64,000 bases of DNA from an uncultured Actinomycetes bacterium (GTDB lineage: Bacteria > Actinomycetota > UBA4738 > HRBIN12), in NCBI GenBank assembly GCA_963816425.1, contig CAWFKP010000006.1, forward strand, positions 190,490 to 254,489. The letters run 5' to 3'. The notes under the pieces were generated by a model. The model was not told the origin of the DNA. It saw only the letters and a program-made list of their open reading frames with translations, and searched no databases. Positions 19,941 to 29,461 of the stretch are shown here, piece after piece. The position numbers were made by a program, and so were the translations under genes. Each line of letters starts with the position of its first letter. Position 1 is the first letter of the stretch.

Positions 19941-21481
19941 GCGACACGCAAGCCCGCGGACGCCGGACCGGCGGCCGGGAGGGGCGCCGCGCCGCGCGCC
20001 TCGCCGAGGTCGCCGAGAAGGTTCCCTTCATCACGCGCCAGCTGGAGCCCGTCGAGATCCTGTCCGAAGAGGGCCTTGCCACGATCGAGCAGAACGCCGA
20101 CACGATCCTGGAGACGGTCGGGATCGAGTTCCGCGGCGTGCCCGACGCGCTCGAGCTGCTGAAGAACGCCGGCTGCGATATCGACAACGAGCGGGTGCGG
20201 TTCCCGCGCGGGCTCGCGCGCCAGCTGGTGCAGGCCACCGCGCCGCGCGAGTTCGATCAGCATGCTCGCAATCCCGCGAACACGGTCCACATCGGGGGCA
20301 TGGCGACGGTGCTCGCGCCCGCGTACGGCTCGCCGTTCGTGCGCGACCTCGACGGGGGGAGGCGCTACGGCACGATCGAGGACTTCCGCAACTTCGTGAA
20401 GCTCGCCTACAGCACGCCGTTCCTGCACCACTCGGGCGGCACCGTGTGCGAGCCGGTCGACCTGCCGGTGAACAAGCGGCACTACGACATGGTCTACGCG
20501 CACATGAAGTACTCGGACAAGCCGTTCATGGGCTCGGTGACGCATCCGTTGCGCGCGCGCGACACGGTCGACATGGCGCGGATCCTGTTCGGCGCCGACG
20601 CGCTGGAGGAGCGCACCTACATCCTGAGTCTCTGCAACGCGAACAGCCCGCTCGTGTGGGACTCGATCATGCTCGGCGCGGCCAAGGCCTACGCCGAGGC
20701 GAACCAGGCCGTGATCATGACGCCGTTCATCCTTGCCGGCGCGATGAGCCCAGCGACCTCCGCGGGCGCCGCCACGCAGACGCTCGCCGAGGCGCTGGCC
20801 GGCATGGCCTACGTGCAGCTCGTGCGGCCCGGCGCCCCGGTCGTGTTCGGGTCCTTCGCCTCGTCGATGTCGATGCAGTCGGGCGCGCCGACGTTCGGGA
20901 CGCCCGAGCCGGCGCTGGTGCTGTACGCGCTGGCGGCGTGCGCACGACGCCTGGGCGTGCCGTTCCGTAGCGGCGGGTCGCTCACCGCGTCCAAGATCGC
21001 CGACGCCCAGGCCGCGTACGAAAGCGCGAACACCCTGCAGCCGACGATCCTCGGCGGCGTCAACTTCGTGCTACACGCCGCCGGGTGGCTGGAGGGTGGC
21101 CTGGCGATGGGCTACGAGAAGTTCGTGCTCGACGTGGACCAGTGCGGCCAGGTGCACGAGCTCGCCAAGGGCATGGATCTGTCGCCGAACGGCCAGGCGA
21201 TCGACGCGATCCTCGCGAACGAGCCGGGCACGCACTTCCTCGGCACGGCCCATACGCTCGCCAACTTCGAGACCGCCTTCTACCGGTCGAACACGGCCGA
21301 CAACAACTCCTTCGAGCAGTGGGAGCTGGACGGGTCGCTCGATGCGGCGCAGCGGGCGAACGCGATCTGGAAGAAGACCCTCGCCGAGTACGAGGCGCCC
21401 CCGCTGGACGAGGCCAAAGATGAAGAGCTCCGCGCCTGGATCGACCGTAAGAAAGCGAGCTTCCCCGATTCGAACGCGTGA
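19937..21481 (+). CDS. MttB-superfamily (trimethylamine methyltransferase family) protein without pyrrolysine; candidate quaternary-amine (glycine betaine):corrinoid methyltransferase
   Basis: C-terminal 514 aa of ORF 19184..21481, starting MSDTQARGRR at the ATG at 19937 (ATGA overlap with the activase stop). There is no in-frame TAG. Length and sequence (...FITRQLEPVEILSEEGLATIEQNADTILETVGIEF...) fit the MttB family. Confidence 0.8.
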   Translation: MSDTQARGRRTGGREGRRAARLAEVAEKVPFITRQLEPVEILSEEGLATIEQNADTILETVGIEFRGVPDALELLKNAGCDIDNERVRFPRGLARQLVQATAPREFDQHARNPANTVHIGGMATVLAPAYGSPFVRDLDGGRRYGTIEDFRNFVKLAYSTPFLHHSGGTVCEPVDLPVNKRHYDMVYAHMKYSDKPFMGSVTHPLRARDTVDMARILFGADALEERTYILSLCNANSPLVWDSIMLGAAKAYAEANQAVIMTPFILAGAMSPATSAGAATQTLAEALAGMAYVQLVRPGAPVVFGSFASSMSMQSGAPTFGTPEPALVLYALAACARRLGVPFRSGGSLTASKIADAQAAYESANTLQPTILGGVNFVLHAAGWLEGGLAMGYEKFVLDVDQCGQVHELAKGMDLSPNGQAIDAILANEPGTHFLGTAHTLANFETAFYRSNTADNNSFEQWELDGSLDAAQRANAIWKKTLAEYEAPPLDEAKDEELRAWIDRKKASFPDSNA

Positions 21482-21559
21482 CCGGGGGTCCGGGTTGGGT
21501 TCACGGGCCGCTGCGCCGATACGGCATCATGACCGTCGGTTCCCGAGCGCGGATGGCCC

Positions 21560-22438
21560 ATGAGCTGGAAGTTCTGGAAGAAGACGAAGGTGGAACTGAC
21601 CGAGGATCAGCGCGCCGCGCTGAAGCGCCTGGTCGGCGAGGCCAAGTTCGAACTCATACCGCTCGATTCCGCCATGGCCAAGGCCCAGGCGTTACCCCCC
21701 GGCGCCGCCGTGACGGTGACCGCCTCACCCAGCCACGGCATCGAGGCCACGTTCGACCTGTGCGAGACGCTCGCCGAGCTCGGGCACGAGGTCACGCCGC
21801 ACCTGTCCGCGCACATGACGCGCGATCGCGCCCACCTGCAGGAGCTGCTCGAGCGAGCCAGGGTCGCCGGCATCACGAGGGTCTTCGTCGTCGGCGGCGA
21901 CGCGAAGGACAAGGGCATCTTCCACGACGGGCTTCATCTGCTGCGGGCGATGGACGAGCTCGGCCACCCGTTCGCCGAGATCGGCATCCCCAGCTACCCG
22001 GAGGGGCACGCCGACATCGCCGACGACGTCTTGCTTCAGGCCTTGAAGGACAAGCAGCGGTTCGCGACCGCGATGACCACGCAGATGTGTTTCAACCCCG
22101 GGGCCGTCGCGAGCTGGCTGCAGCAGATGCGCGCGGCGGGCATCACGTTGCCGCTGCATCTCGGCGTGCCGGGGGTCGCCGAGCTCGCGAAGCTGATGAC
22201 GATCAGCGCCCGCATCGGGATCGCCGACTCGGCCCGCTACCTGAAGAAGAACCGCAAGATGGTTGGCCACCTGATGAAGAAGGGCTCGTTCGGCCCTGAC
22301 GCGTTCCTGGAATCGCTGGCGCCGACGCTCGCCGATCCCGCGGCCGACGTCAGGGCGCTGCACATGTTCACGTTCAATCAGGTGCAGAACACCGCCGACT
22401 GGCAGCGGCGGATGCTCAACGGCGAGCTCTCCGCCTGA
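21560..22438 (+). CDS. metF: Methylenetetrahydrofolate reductase (MetF family)
   Basis: 292 aa. FELIPL..., VTPHLSAH, ITRVFVVGGD and IGIPSYPEGH resemble the MTHFR TIM barrel. Confidence 0.8.
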   Translation: MSWKFWKKTKVELTEDQRAALKRLVGEAKFELIPLDSAMAKAQALPPGAAVTVTASPSHGIEATFDLCETLAELGHEVTPHLSAHMTRDRAHLQELLERARVAGITRVFVVGGDAKDKGIFHDGLHLLRAMDELGHPFAEIGIPSYPEGHADIADDVLLQALKDKQRFATAMTTQMCFNPGAVASWLQQMRAAGITLPLHLGVPGVAELAKLMTISARIGIADSARYLKKNRKMVGHLMKKGSFGPDAFLESLAPTLADPAADVRALHMFTFNQVQNTADWQRRMLNGELSA

Positions 22439-22484
22439 CGTCTCGGTTCCGCCATATCTCGTCGCCGTCTCGTACACTGGGCGC

Positions 22485-22703
22485 ATGCCCGACAGCTACG
22501 GAAAGCGCGCGCGTCGCGATGCGAACGCGAAGAAGCAGGCGGCCCGTGAGGCCCGCCGTGAGGAGCGTGCGCAGCGCAACCGCGATCGCGACGCCGGGCT
22601 GATCGAGAAGGGCGTGCCCATCGGCCCTGCGGAGCAGGCGGAGTTCCTCCCCGACGCCGAAGAGCTCGCGAAGATGGACAAAGAGATCGCCGCCACCGAG
22701 TAG
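22485..22703 (+). CDS. Small highly charged hypothetical protein
   Basis: 72-aa ORF with strong third-position G+C bias. Lys/Arg/Glu-rich N-terminus and acidic C-terminus. No motif recognised. Confidence 0.5.
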   Translation: MPDSYGKRARRDANAKKQAAREARREERAQRNRDRDAGLIEKGVPIGPAEQAEFLPDAEELAKMDKEIAATE

Positions 22704-22863
22704 GTCGCGCCGCGCTCCTCGATCCTCCGATAGTGTCGCCGGATGGATCATGCGCCTCGTCTCGAACGTCTCCTGATCGGCCTTCGCGGACTCGGCGTGT
22801 TGCGGGGATGGCCGTTGGGCGACGCCGGCCGAGGCCGACGCGCAGCTCGGTGAGATCGCCGAC

Positions 22864-23589
22864 ATGCTGACGCACCGCGACGAGAGCCCGATGTCCGACA
22901 CGTTCCCGCTCGAAGAGTTCGATCACGCCACGGGCTACGCGCACTGGGCCGAGACCTACGACGACGGCGACAACGCGCTGCTCGAGGTCGAGTCGCATGC
23001 GATGCGGGCGTTGCTGGAGGAGCTCGACCCCGGCGACGCCGCCGACGTCGCGTGCGGCACCGGTCGCATCGCCGAGATGCTCTGCTCGTTGGGTCATCGC
23101 GTGACGGGCATCGACCCCTCCGGTCCGATGCTCGAGAGGGCTCGCGAGCGAGGGCTGCCCGCCGACTTCGTCGAGGGCTCGTTCGACGCGATCCCACTGG
23201 CGGAGGCGAGCGTCGACCTCGCGACGTGCGGGCTCGCGCTGACGCACACCACGAAGCTCGATCCGGCCGTGGCCGAGATCGCCCGCGTGGTCCGGCCCGG
23301 CGGACACGTTGTGCTCTCCGACGTGCATCCGTTCGCCGTCGAGACCGGCTTCCAGGCGGTCTTCCGCCGGGCGGACGGCTCACGTGCCGTGACGATCAAC
23401 CATCTGCATCAGGTCAGCGACTATGTGCGCGCGTTCACGGCCGGCGGCCTCACGATCGAACGCTGCGAGGAGCCTCTGGTCGACGAGGGCTTCAAGACGG
23501 GGCTGGGCTCCGCCTACGTGCGCGCCGCCGCCGACGTCGGTCTGACCGGCATGCCGTTGCTGCTGTTGTGGCGTCTCCGCCGCGACTAG
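22864..23589 (+). CDS. Class I SAM-dependent methyltransferase
   Basis: 241 aa. VADVACGTGRIAEML (motif I) and VRPGGHVVLSD are present. The gene may really start at the ATG at 22743 (MDHAPRLERLLIGLRGLGVLRGWPLGDA), joined through a 1-nt frameshift near 22827 (gcc-g-gcc-gag). Confidence 0.75.
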   Translation: MLTHRDESPMSDTFPLEEFDHATGYAHWAETYDDGDNALLEVESHAMRALLEELDPGDAADVACGTGRIAEMLCSLGHRVTGIDPSGPMLERARERGLPADFVEGSFDAIPLAEASVDLATCGLALTHTTKLDPAVAEIARVVRPGGHVVLSDVHPFAVETGFQAVFRRADGSRAVTINHLHQVSDYVRAFTAGGLTIERCEEPLVDEGFKTGLGSAYVRAAADVGLTGMPLLLLWRLRRD

Positions 23590-24104
23590 CGTGCGGCGAG
23601 CAACCGGTCCACGACGTAGTGGGCGAACGAGGGACGCACGAAGACCCGTGTCGTCCCCGCGAGCTCCTGCAGGATCACCTGCGCGCGGGCGAACATCGTC
23701 TGGGCGCACACGCCGGGGGTCCAGCCGCCGCGTGGATCGAGGTCGAGCGAACAGCCCGACGCCAGCAGCTCGAACCGATCCGCGCCGCGCAGCTCGAGCA
23801 CCGCGCGGTTCCCGCTCACGTCGACCACCGCGTGATGGACGCCCTCGAGCGCCGTCTCGAGCTCGCCGACGATCGTGGCCGCGGTTCCGGGCAATCCGAC
23901 CACCAGCCATTCGTCGGGCCCGAGCCACAGCGCCCCGCGCGTCATATCCCCCGAGACGGTGTTCGGCGTCATCGGGAAGCCGAGCCGCTCGGCGTCCTCG
24001 GGCGCGCACCGCACGTCGATCTGCGTGAGGAACGGGACCTCCACCGCCTCGAGGGCGGCGAGGTCGTCGGGCCGCGCGCCCAACGCCGAGCGCGGCTCAA
24101 CCAT
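23586..24104 (-). CDS. soxG: Sarcosine oxidase subunit gamma
   Basis: 172 aa, GcvT-like small subunit, the last gene of the sox operon. Its start overlaps the soxA stop by 8 nt. Confidence 0.8.
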   Translation of the reverse strand: MVEPRSALGARPDDLAALEAVEVPFLTQIDVRCAPEDAERLGFPMTPNTVSGDMTRGALWLGPDEWLVVGLPGTAATIVGELETALEGVHHAVVDVSGNRAVLELRGADRFELLASGCSLDLDPRGGWTPGVCAQTMFARAQVILQELAGTTRVFVRPSFAHYVVDRLLAAR

Positions 24105-26712
24105 CGCGCCTCGCCCCCTCGGGGTCGTAGAAGATCGGGTCGGTCACCGTGCACGCCATCGTGTGTCCGTCGAGCACCGCGTGGACCGTCGCGCCCCGCC
24201 GTTCGGCGCCGCGCTCGACCAGCGCCAGCGCGATGCTGTGGCCCGTCGCCTCGCTCGCGTACGACGAGGTGACGTAGCCGAGCATGTGGGCCGGCGGTGC
24301 CGGTATCTCCGCGGCCTCGATGATCTGGGTTCCCTCCGGCAGTACGAAGGCCGGGTCCTCGGTGAACAGGCCGACCAAGTGCTTGCGGTCTTCGCGCACG
24401 CTGTCGCTGCGCACCAGCGAGCGCTTGCCGACGAAGTCGCCCTTGCCGGGGTTGACGATCCAGCCCATCCCGAGGTCCTCGGGGGTCTGGGTGCCGTCGG
24501 TCTCCTGCCCGACGATCACGTAGCCCTTCTCGGCCCGGAGCACGTGCATCGCCTCGGTGCCGTAGGGCGTGACGCCGAACGGTTCGCCGGCGACCATGAC
24601 GGACTCCCAGACGTGCTGCGCGTACCACGGCGAGACGTGCAGCTCATAGGACAGCTCGCCCGTGAAGCTGATCCGGCACATCCGCACCGGCACGTCGGCC
24701 ACCGTGCCCTCACGCCACCGCATAAACCCGAACGCGTCGTTGTCGAGGTCGATGTCGGTGCCGGCGGCGGCCACCACATCGCGGGCCTTCGGGCCCCCTA
24801 CCGCCACCACCGACCACTGGTCGGTCACGCTCGTGCAGTAGACATGCAGGTCGGTCCACTCGGTCTGCAGCCATTCCTCGAAGCGATCGAGCACGGCCGC
24901 CGCACCGCCGGTCGTGGTCGTCACGACGTAGCGATCCTCCGCCAGACGCATCGCGACGCCGTCGTCGAAGACCATCCCGTCGAGACCGAGCATCAACCCG
25001 TACCGGATCGAGCCCACGGCAAGGTTCGACATCCGGTTCGTGTACATCCGATCGAGGAACACGCCGGCATCGGGCCCACGGACGTCGATCTTGCCCAGCG
25101 TGCTCGCATCGAGCAGGCCCACGCCCGTTCGCACCGCGTGGCATTCGCGCGCCACCGCGGCGTCCATGTCCTCGTCGCCGTGGGGGAAGTAGCGCGGCCG
25201 CTTCCACTGGCCGACGTTCTCGTACACGGCGCCGTTCGCCTCGTGCCAGTCGTGGATCGGCGTCACGCGGATCGGATCGAGCAGGGTCGGGCCGCCGTCG
25301 ATGCCCGCCAGCGCCGAGAACGGGATCGGGGTGTAGGGCGGTCGCGCGTTCGTCGGCCCCTGCGCGCCGGGCGCCCAGCCAAGGAGTTGGTTGACCACCT
25401 CGGCGGTCAGGACCCCGCTCGTCCGTCCCTGATCGATCGTGGTGCCGATGTAGGTCGCGCGTTTCACGTGCTCGGCGCTGGTCAGCCCGCCCGCCACCGC
25501 CTTCGCGACGTCTGCGACGGTCTGATCCCGCTGTGGCTCGACGTACTTCTGGGCGTCGTCGCCGTCATCGATCAGCCAGATCGGATACGCAGCGGGCACA
25601 TCGCCGGCGGCGGCGCCCACGACATGCAGCCACGAGGGGCCCGTACCGTCGTGCACGAAGCACGCCTTTGCGTCGTCGTAGGTGAGACCGACGCCCATCC
25701 CGCGGGCGAGCTGGACGGTCGGGTTCCACCCGCCGCTGACCGCAAGGACGTCCGCGGGCAGGCTCGATCGGTAGCCGTCGGCGCCGAGGATCGTGACCTC
25801 GCGCAGCGCCGGATCTCCCTCGGTCGAGACGACCTGTGTGTTCCGGTGGACCTCGATGCCGGCCGCGTGGAGGCGCTCGCTCGCCTTCCCCACCGTGGGG
25901 GAGGGATCGATCACGGTGACGTGCGCGCCCGCTGCGTGTAACGCCTCGGCGGTCTCGTGGCCCGCATGGTTCGTGGAGAACACGACCACGCGCGTTCCGA
26001 CGAGGACGCCGAAACGCTCGAGGTAGGCCCGTGCGGCCGAGGCCAGCATCACGCCGGGACGGTCGTTGCCGACGAACGCGAGCGGTCGCTCGTGCGCGCC
26101 TGCGGCCAGCACGACCTTGCTCGCGCGGATGTGGTGGATCACGTCGGTCGCGCCGTCGCGCTGATAGCCCAGCACGTACCCGTCGTCGTAGATGCCGGCC
26201 GCGGTGGTGCTCGCCAGAGTCGCCACCCCCGCGGGCGGCTCGAGCACGACGTGGTGCTCGTCGATCAACAGCACGCGGTCGCCCGTCGTGGCCGCGTCGA
26301 GTGCGGCGGCCCGGCCGGCGGGCCCGGCGCCGATCACCAGCACCTCGACGTGCCGGTGTCGGTGGTGCGCGGGCCGCGGCGTCGTCGCTGCCTCGGGCAG
26401 GAGCCCGACCCCCGCTCGGCTCGTCACGATCAAGTCGTCAACTAGATTGACCATCGTCGCCGGCTGGATCGGCTCGAACCACGGCGCCCCGATCTCGACG
26501 AACGCGTTCGGCTCCTCGACGCCGGCCGTGACGACGCCGCGCGGGCGACCCTCGAGCGGTGAGACGAAGCCCGCGCGCTCACCCGAGGCGAGGAGCGCGC
26601 TCGCCACCGTGTCGCCGTCGAACCCCTCGATGTCGCGCCCGTCGAACCGAAAGCGGACGGGACGGGACCGGTTGATCCAGGTGCCGCCCGAATCGAGCCG
26701 ACGACCGGTCAC
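24097..26712 (-). CDS. soxA: Sarcosine oxidase subunit alpha
   Basis: C-terminal 871 aa of ORF 24097..27039, starting VTGRRLDSGG...RFRFDGRDIEGFDGDTVASALLASG. It has an NAD/FAD fold (VLVIGAGPAGRAAA) and a C-terminal GcvT folate-binding domain (ISFTGELSYELH). The GTG at 26712 overlaps the soxD stop (GTGA). Confidence 0.85.
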   Translation of the reverse strand: MTGRRLDSGGTWINRSRPVRFRFDGRDIEGFDGDTVASALLASGERAGFVSPLEGRPRGVVTAGVEEPNAFVEIGAPWFEPIQPATMVNLVDDLIVTSRAGVGLLPEAATTPRPAHHRHRHVEVLVIGAGPAGRAAALDAATTGDRVLLIDEHHVVLEPPAGVATLASTTAAGIYDDGYVLGYQRDGATDVIHHIRASKVVLAAGAHERPLAFVGNDRPGVMLASAARAYLERFGVLVGTRVVVFSTNHAGHETAEALHAAGAHVTVIDPSPTVGKASERLHAAGIEVHRNTQVVSTEGDPALREVTILGADGYRSSLPADVLAVSGGWNPTVQLARGMGVGLTYDDAKACFVHDGTGPSWLHVVGAAAGDVPAAYPIWLIDDGDDAQKYVEPQRDQTVADVAKAVAGGLTSAEHVKRATYIGTTIDQGRTSGVLTAEVVNQLLGWAPGAQGPTNARPPYTPIPFSALAGIDGGPTLLDPIRVTPIHDWHEANGAVYENVGQWKRPRYFPHGDEDMDAAVARECHAVRTGVGLLDASTLGKIDVRGPDAGVFLDRMYTNRMSNLAVGSIRYGLMLGLDGMVFDDGVAMRLAEDRYVVTTTTGGAAAVLDRFEEWLQTEWTDLHVYCTSVTDQWSVVAVGGPKARDVVAAAGTDIDLDNDAFGFMRWREGTVADVPVRMCRISFTGELSYELHVSPWYAQHVWESVMVAGEPFGVTPYGTEAMHVLRAEKGYVIVGQETDGTQTPEDLGMGWIVNPGKGDFVGKRSLVRSDSVREDRKHLVGLFTEDPAFVLPEGTQIIEAAEIPAPPAHMLGYVTSSYASEATGHSIALALVERGAERRGATVHAVLDGHTMACTVTDPIFYDPEGARRDG

Positions 26713-26981
26713 GCGGGCGGCTCCTCGCCCTGGCGATAGGTGGCGATCGTGCGATGCGTCGCCGTGTCGCGAATCGCGTTGAACCAGCGCCGGCACCCCG
26801 CGGCGTGCATCCACCGCTCCGCCCACCGACCCTTGGGGTTGTCCCGCATGAACAGGAACTCGGCCCACTCGGCGTCGCTCAGCGCCTCGGGGTCCTCGGG
26901 ATAGGCCAGGTGCGCCTGCCCGCCGTAACGGAACTCGGTCTCGTCGCGGGCGCCGCACCACGGACAGCGGATCAGCAGCAT
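26709..26981 (-). CDS. soxD: Sarcosine oxidase subunit delta
   Basis: 90 aa, MLLIRCPWCGARDETEFRYGG..., with a zinc-ribbon-like CxxC typical of SoxD. Confidence 0.85.
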   Translation of the reverse strand: MLLIRCPWCGARDETEFRYGGQAHLAYPEDPEALSDAEWAEFLFMRDNPKGRWAERWMHAAGCRRWFNAIRDTATHRTIATYRQGEEPPA

Positions 26982-27323
26982 CTAGGCGACTCCCTCGTCG
27001 AACGCCGCGACGAGTCGCTTCGGCGCGGTCATGCGCCATGCCTCGGTGATCAGCTCCTCCACCTCGCCGCGATCGGCTTTCGCGACGACGACGCCGACCC
27101 AGCCCTTCGAGCCGACGTAGGACGGGACGAAGAACGCCTCGGGGTTCTCGGTGATCAACGCCTGCTGTTCGTCGAAGACGGACTTGATCCAGAGGTGCCG
27201 TTCCTGCTCGTCGAACATGACGAAGATCTTCGAGCGCACCCGGAACGTCGCGGTGTCCCAGGTCTCGCGCTCCTCCGCATCGGGCAGCGAGAGCGCGAAG
27301 CGGCGGACGGTGGCGGCGCGCAT
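26982..27323 (-). CDS. MmcQ/YjbR-family protein inserted between soxB and soxD
   Basis: 113-aa C-terminal segment of ORF 26982..28595: [40 protein letters not shown]...GSKGWVGVVV.... Its ATG overlaps the soxB stop (TGATG) and its TAG abuts the soxD ATG. Confidence 0.7.
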   Translation of the reverse strand: MRAATVRRFALSLPDAEERETWDTATFRVRSKIFVMFDEQERHLWIKSVFDEQQALITENPEAFFVPSYVGSKGWVGVVVAKADRGEVEELITEAWRMTAPKRLVAAFDEGVA

Positions 27324-28528
27324 CAGTGGGCGACCCCGGCGGCGCCGTGCTCGTCGATCAGGGCACCGGTCGTGAAGCGCTCCAGTGCATAGGGTTTCGC
27401 GAGCTGGCTCTGCTCGCCGGTGGCCACCGTCTCCGCGAAGGCCCAGCCGCTGCCCGGCGTCGCCTTGAACCCCCCGGTGCCCCAGCCGCAGTTCAGGAAG
27501 AGACCGGGGACCGGCGTCGCGTCGATGATCGGCGAGGCGTCGGGGCAGATGTCGACGATGCCGCCCCAGGTGCGCAGCAGCGCCGCGTGCCGGAAGACGG
27601 GGAACAGCTCGACCGCCGCGGCCATCTGGTGCTCGATCACGTGGAACGACCCGCGTTGCCCGTAGCCGTTGTAGCTGTCGATGCCCGCGCCCATCACGAA
27701 CTCGCCCTTGTCGGCCTGCGAGACGTAGACGTGCACGGCGTTGGACATCACGACGCAGTTCAGGACCGGCTGGTAGAGAGCGCTCACGAGCGCCTGGAGC
27801 GGATGGGACTGCACCGGCAGCCGCAGCCCGACCATCTCGGCCAGCACGCTGGTGTGGCCGGCGGCGACCAGCGCCACCTTGTTGGCCCGGATCGGCCCGC
27901 GCGTGGTCTCGACGCCGGTGACGGAGTCGCCGTCGCCGCGCAGGAACCCGGTCACCTCCGCGTGCTCGACGATGTCGACGCCGCGCTCGCTCGCACGCGT
28001 CGCGAGCGCCCACGCGATCCGGTCGTGCCGCGCCGTGCCGCCGCGCCGCTGCAGCGCGCCGCCGATGACGGGGTATCGCACGTCGGGCGAGATGTTGATG
28101 ATCGGGCAGAACTCCTTGACCTGCTCGGCGTCGAGCATCTCGGCATCGATCCCCTGCAGATGGTTGGCCTCGACACGCCGGGTCGAGTTCCGCACCTCGC
28201 CGATGTGGTGCAGGACGTTGAGCACGCCCTTCTGGTCGAACTGCAGGTCCCATGCCAGGTCCTCTTCGAGGCCCTCCCAGAGCTTGAGCGAGTGCTCGTA
28301 GATGGCCGCCGAGGCATCCCACAGATAGTTGGACCGGATCACGGTCGTGTTGCGCGCGACGTTGCCGCCCGCGAGCCAACCCTTCTCGACGATGCAGACG
28401 TCCGTGATGCCGTGGTTCTTCGCGAGGTAGTAGGCCGTGGCGAGGCCGTGGCCGCCACCGCCGACGATGACGACCTCGTAGGCGTCCTTCGGCTCGGCGT
28501 TGCGCCAGTAGCGTTGCGGTTCTTCCAT
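27323..28528 (-). CDS. soxB: Sarcosine oxidase subunit beta
   Basis: ORF 27323..28627. I prefer the ATG at 28528 ([36 protein letters not shown]). FAD-dependent DAO-family fold. Confidence 0.85.
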   Translation of the reverse strand: MEEPQRYWRNAEPKDAYEVVIVGGGGHGLATAYYLAKNHGITDVCIVEKGWLAGGNVARNTTVIRSNYLWDASAAIYEHSLKLWEGLEEDLAWDLQFDQKGVLNVLHHIGEVRNSTRRVEANHLQGIDAEMLDAEQVKEFCPIINISPDVRYPVIGGALQRRGGTARHDRIAWALATRASERGVDIVEHAEVTGFLRGDGDSVTGVETTRGPIRANKVALVAAGHTSVLAEMVGLRLPVQSHPLQALVSALYQPVLNCVVMSNAVHVYVSQADKGEFVMGAGIDSYNGYGQRGSFHVIEHQMAAAVELFPVFRHAALLRTWGGIVDICPDASPIIDATPVPGLFLNCGWGTGGFKATPGSGWAFAETVATGEQSQLAKPYALERFTTGALIDEHGAAGVAH

Positions 28529-28662
28529 CGGCCCCCCGCGGCGCAGTCTGGCCGAACGGCTCGGGTCCGGCAACGTCGAGATGCGCTGCGCGCAACGGAC
28601 GATTCGACTCTGTGAGGAACGCCGCACTACGATGCAGCGGTTTCCGGAAGCGGGGTTGCTAG

Positions 28663-29448
28663 GTGCGCGACGAGCCAGGGGGATCGCTGCAGTCCGTCAA
28701 TCGGGCGCTGACCGCGCTCGAGCTGGTCGCGGACGCGGGCGAGATCGGCGTGAGCGAGCTCGGGCGGCAGCTCGGCGTGCACAAGGCGACGGCCTCACGG
28801 CTGGCGGCGGTGCTGGCGGAGCGAGGGCTGCTGGAGCGCGATCCGGTTACCGAGCGATACCGGATCGGGTTCGGGCTGGTGCGTCTCGCGGGTGCGGCGA
28901 TGAGCGGGCTCGACCTGGTCCGGCTGGCTCGCCCGGTCCTGGAGACCCTCGCCGAGCGCGCGCGGGAGGCGACGAACCTCGGGGTGCGAAGCGGCGACGA
29001 CATCGTCTACGTGGACCAGATCTCCGGCACCCGCTCGATCGTCACGGTCAGTTGGGTCGGCAAGCGCACGCCGATGCACTGCACCTCGAACGGCAAGGTG
29101 CTGCTGGCGTGGGCCGAAGAGATCGATCGCGACCGCGTGCTCGAAGGGCCGCTCGAGACCTTCACGCCGCACACGGTGGTCGATCCCGACGCGCTGCGCG
29201 CCGAGCTCGTGTCGGTGCGAACGCGCGGCTACGCCCAGGCGGTGGAGGAGTTCGAGGACGGGCTCAACGCCGTGGCGGCGCCGGTGCGGCAGGCCGACGG
29301 CCGCGTGATCGCTGCGCTCGGCGTCTCGGGACCCGCGTTCCGCATGCACGCGGTCGACATCCCCCGTCTCGGCGCGCTGACCGCGGAGGCCGCGGGTGCG
29401 GTGTCGCGCCAACTTGGGTACCTCGAACGTGGCAGGGCCGCCGTATGA
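28663..29448 (+). CDS. IclR-family transcriptional regulator
   Basis: 261 aa. N-terminal wHTH ([37 protein letters not shown]) and C-terminal IclR effector domain. Divergent from soxB. Confidence 0.85.
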   Translation: MRDEPGGSLQSVNRALTALELVADAGEIGVSELGRQLGVHKATASRLAAVLAERGLLERDPVTERYRIGFGLVRLAGAAMSGLDLVRLARPVLETLAERAREATNLGVRSGDDIVYVDQISGTRSIVTVSWVGKRTPMHCTSNGKVLLAWAEEIDRDRVLEGPLETFTPHTVVDPDALRAELVSVRTRGYAQAVEEFEDGLNAVAAPVRQADGRVIAALGVSGPAFRMHAVDIPRLGALTAEAAGAVSRQLGYLERGRAAV

Positions 29449-29461
29449 GGGGGGGAACGTC

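Noticed and set aside
19937-21481. Pyrrolysine-containing trimethylamine methyltransferase.
   Set aside because: The reading frame has no in-frame TAG codon, and no pylSBCD genes are present in the window.
23586-23589. Convergent genes whose stop codons overlap on the palindrome CTAG, seen here and again at 55479-55482.
   Set aside because: It is real in the sequence but most likely a trivial consequence of tight packing. The only implication is the absence of an intergenic terminator between convergent units.
28529-28662. IclR operator in the soxB/iclR divergent region (TTCCGGAA palindrome at 28642-28649).
   Set aside because: It is only an 8-bp GC-neutral palindrome 14 nt from the start codon. 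It has no second half-site or repeat, so it is too weak to call.
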